Shown here: positions 62,365 to 63,978 of the stretch, piece by piece
How the letters are laid out: every line of letters begins with the position of its first letter
How positions within the stretch are numbered: the stretch's first letter is position 1
Assembly (NCBI GenBank): GCA_003427395.1
Contig: BFEA01000027.1
Coordinates: 1,172,170-1,236,147, forward strand
Reading direction: 5' to 3'
DNA length: 63,978 bases
Source: Chara braunii
Lineage: Eukaryota; Plantae; Charophyceae
Translations under genes and position numbers: made by a program
The notes under the pieces: generated by a model
What the model was told of the DNA's origin: nothing
Databases searched by the model: none
Seen by the model: only the letters and a program-made list of their open reading frames with translations

Positions 62365-63705
62365 TACGATCCTGGTCATTCCCAAAGTGCAAATTCACAA
62401 TGAAAGACAATGCCACCCAATTGCGAAAGAAATGAAAGCACTTGCAAAGAGATAGAGACCAGAGAAGAGGGAAAGAAGAAGAAGAAGAAGAAGAAGAAGA
62501 AGAAGATTTACACCAGCAAGACCAATGAGAAATCCCCCCTTCCCTCTCCACCTTCCTCCTCCTCCTTCACTTCGCCAATCTTATTCTTTTCCCAATAATA
62601 ATAATAACAATGAGTGGATGAACCAGAATCAATATTCGAAGTTCCCTCTTACTGCTGACTCAACAACAACAAGTCCACCATAGTTATGGCTTCCCTCCTT
62701 CTTCCTCCTCTCACATGCCTAGGCTATGGCGGACTACTGAGGGCCCTGCCCTCCTGTCCAAAGGACAACCCAAAGCAGCTATGGAGCTGCACTCCTGTCC
62801 AAAAGACAACCCAAAGCAGCTATGCCGCCGCTGACTAAGCTGCCACGCCTGACTCTGCCTCGAGCTTCCTTGGTGCGGCACTACCCCAACTGGGGCCTTC
62901 CAGATGCAGCACTAGATGGTGTCCACCATAGCCAGGTAGGTGCCTCGCCACTCTCCTCCTTCGCCCCCTTCTTCCTCCTCCTCAGGCTGGGCTGCTCGCC
63001 ATAGCCAGGCTGAGCGCCCAGCTGCCCTTCACCTCCAGGCAGCGCTGTACCAGTCCAGCGCTGTGCTCCAGCAGCATGTCGCCAATCCTTGCATACCGCA
63101 AATGAGGAGGAGCTACTTGCTCCACCAGAAGATATAGCGGCCTACTGGCCTCTTGGGCGGTGACTTCCTAGGCCGAGCGGCCTCCCAGCAACCGGTACCT
63201 CCTCCCTTTCGGAGGGAAACATCATTGCAGGCTCTGCTATCGTCCGGACAGACCCTAGACCCGGGCTACTTGGACTGGTACCGGCCTACCTCTATCCTAC
63301 CGCTACTGGGCCTCCAAAAATGCCAACTTTTTGTCTTCTTCTGCTCGGCCTCCAGTACCCGACTCCTACCACTACTTGAGTGGTACCGGCCTACCTGCTA
63401 CTTGAGTGTTTCTCCCCGCTGCTCTAAGTGTCGTGGGCCTACCCCCGCTACTTGAGTGTTTTCCCCGCTGCAACCCTCAAAGTCACGGCCACAGGTATGT
63501 ACCGGCCCTGCGGGGCCTTTCAACCAACAAGTACCTTGCGGGTCACACACACACTCAGTCGACAAGCACTCAGACAGGCATGCAAACCAGCAGGCACGCA
63601 CACACACATGGACTTGGAAACTACAACAGAATGCGGGAATCTCAGCAAGGCATTCATTCCAGCGGCAAATCCCAGAAATCAGCAGTGTTCTCAGTCTGTG
63701 TTTTT
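62365..63705 (+). repeat. ~1.3-kb dispersed repeat, copy 3
   Basis: Diverged tandem neighbour of copy 2. Confidence 0.8.
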
Positions 63706-63978
63706 GGCGGGTCATTACAATATATATATATAGTCAAACAGAGCTGCCCGGTAAACCATAGGCAGAGAGGGAGAAGAGGACAAGAAACGAGGGGCTGTGG
63801 CAAACTGTTTTGTCGGAGTTTCACCGACTCATCAGGAGACTGAACCCTCAACAGTCTGCAGAATCCCCTAACTGATTACACTATAAGTGATAATCCACCT
63901 TAACCCCGGTTGTGGTTAAGCATCAACGACTGCCCGACAACTGATACCCTGAGGTGGGCACCAACCACTTCCCTCAAG

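Overview
Repeat-rich eukaryotic genomic window with several N-gaps. The gene, intron and repeat style is consistent with a streptophyte green alga such as Chara, but this is inference only. There is one clear host gene, a 3-coding-exon C2-domain phospholipase D on the minus strand (21078..13361, about 854 aa). Its introns carry microsatellites, two U6 snRNA retrocopies, a tRNA-derived SINE-like head and ~100-bp MITEs. Most of the rest is mobile DNA: a decayed L1/Tx1-type LINE, hAT-like MITEs, a ~1.3-kb dispersed repeat, and five pieces of a related Ty3/Gypsy lineage. These are A 350-4406 (3' part), B 26791-39437 (complete), E 40102-40147 (right end only), C 40148-44937 (5' part) and D 44938-49578 (minus strand). 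The most interesting signal is the architecture of this Gypsy lineage. (i) Its 5' LTRs do not end in CA; the right end instead carries an extra 11-nt block that is also present just upstream of the 3' LTR, where it forms a palindromic CA-TA-TG junction. This is a split-direct-repeat layout (A-internal-B-A-B) in an element with a DDE integrase and a tRNA PBS. (ii) There is no polypurine tract; a conserved hairpin plus TTGGAACCCCC occupies its position. (iii) A protein-conserved ORF lies inside the LTR. (iv) Extra conserved ORFs lie downstream of integrase. (v) A PHD finger precedes the integrase.
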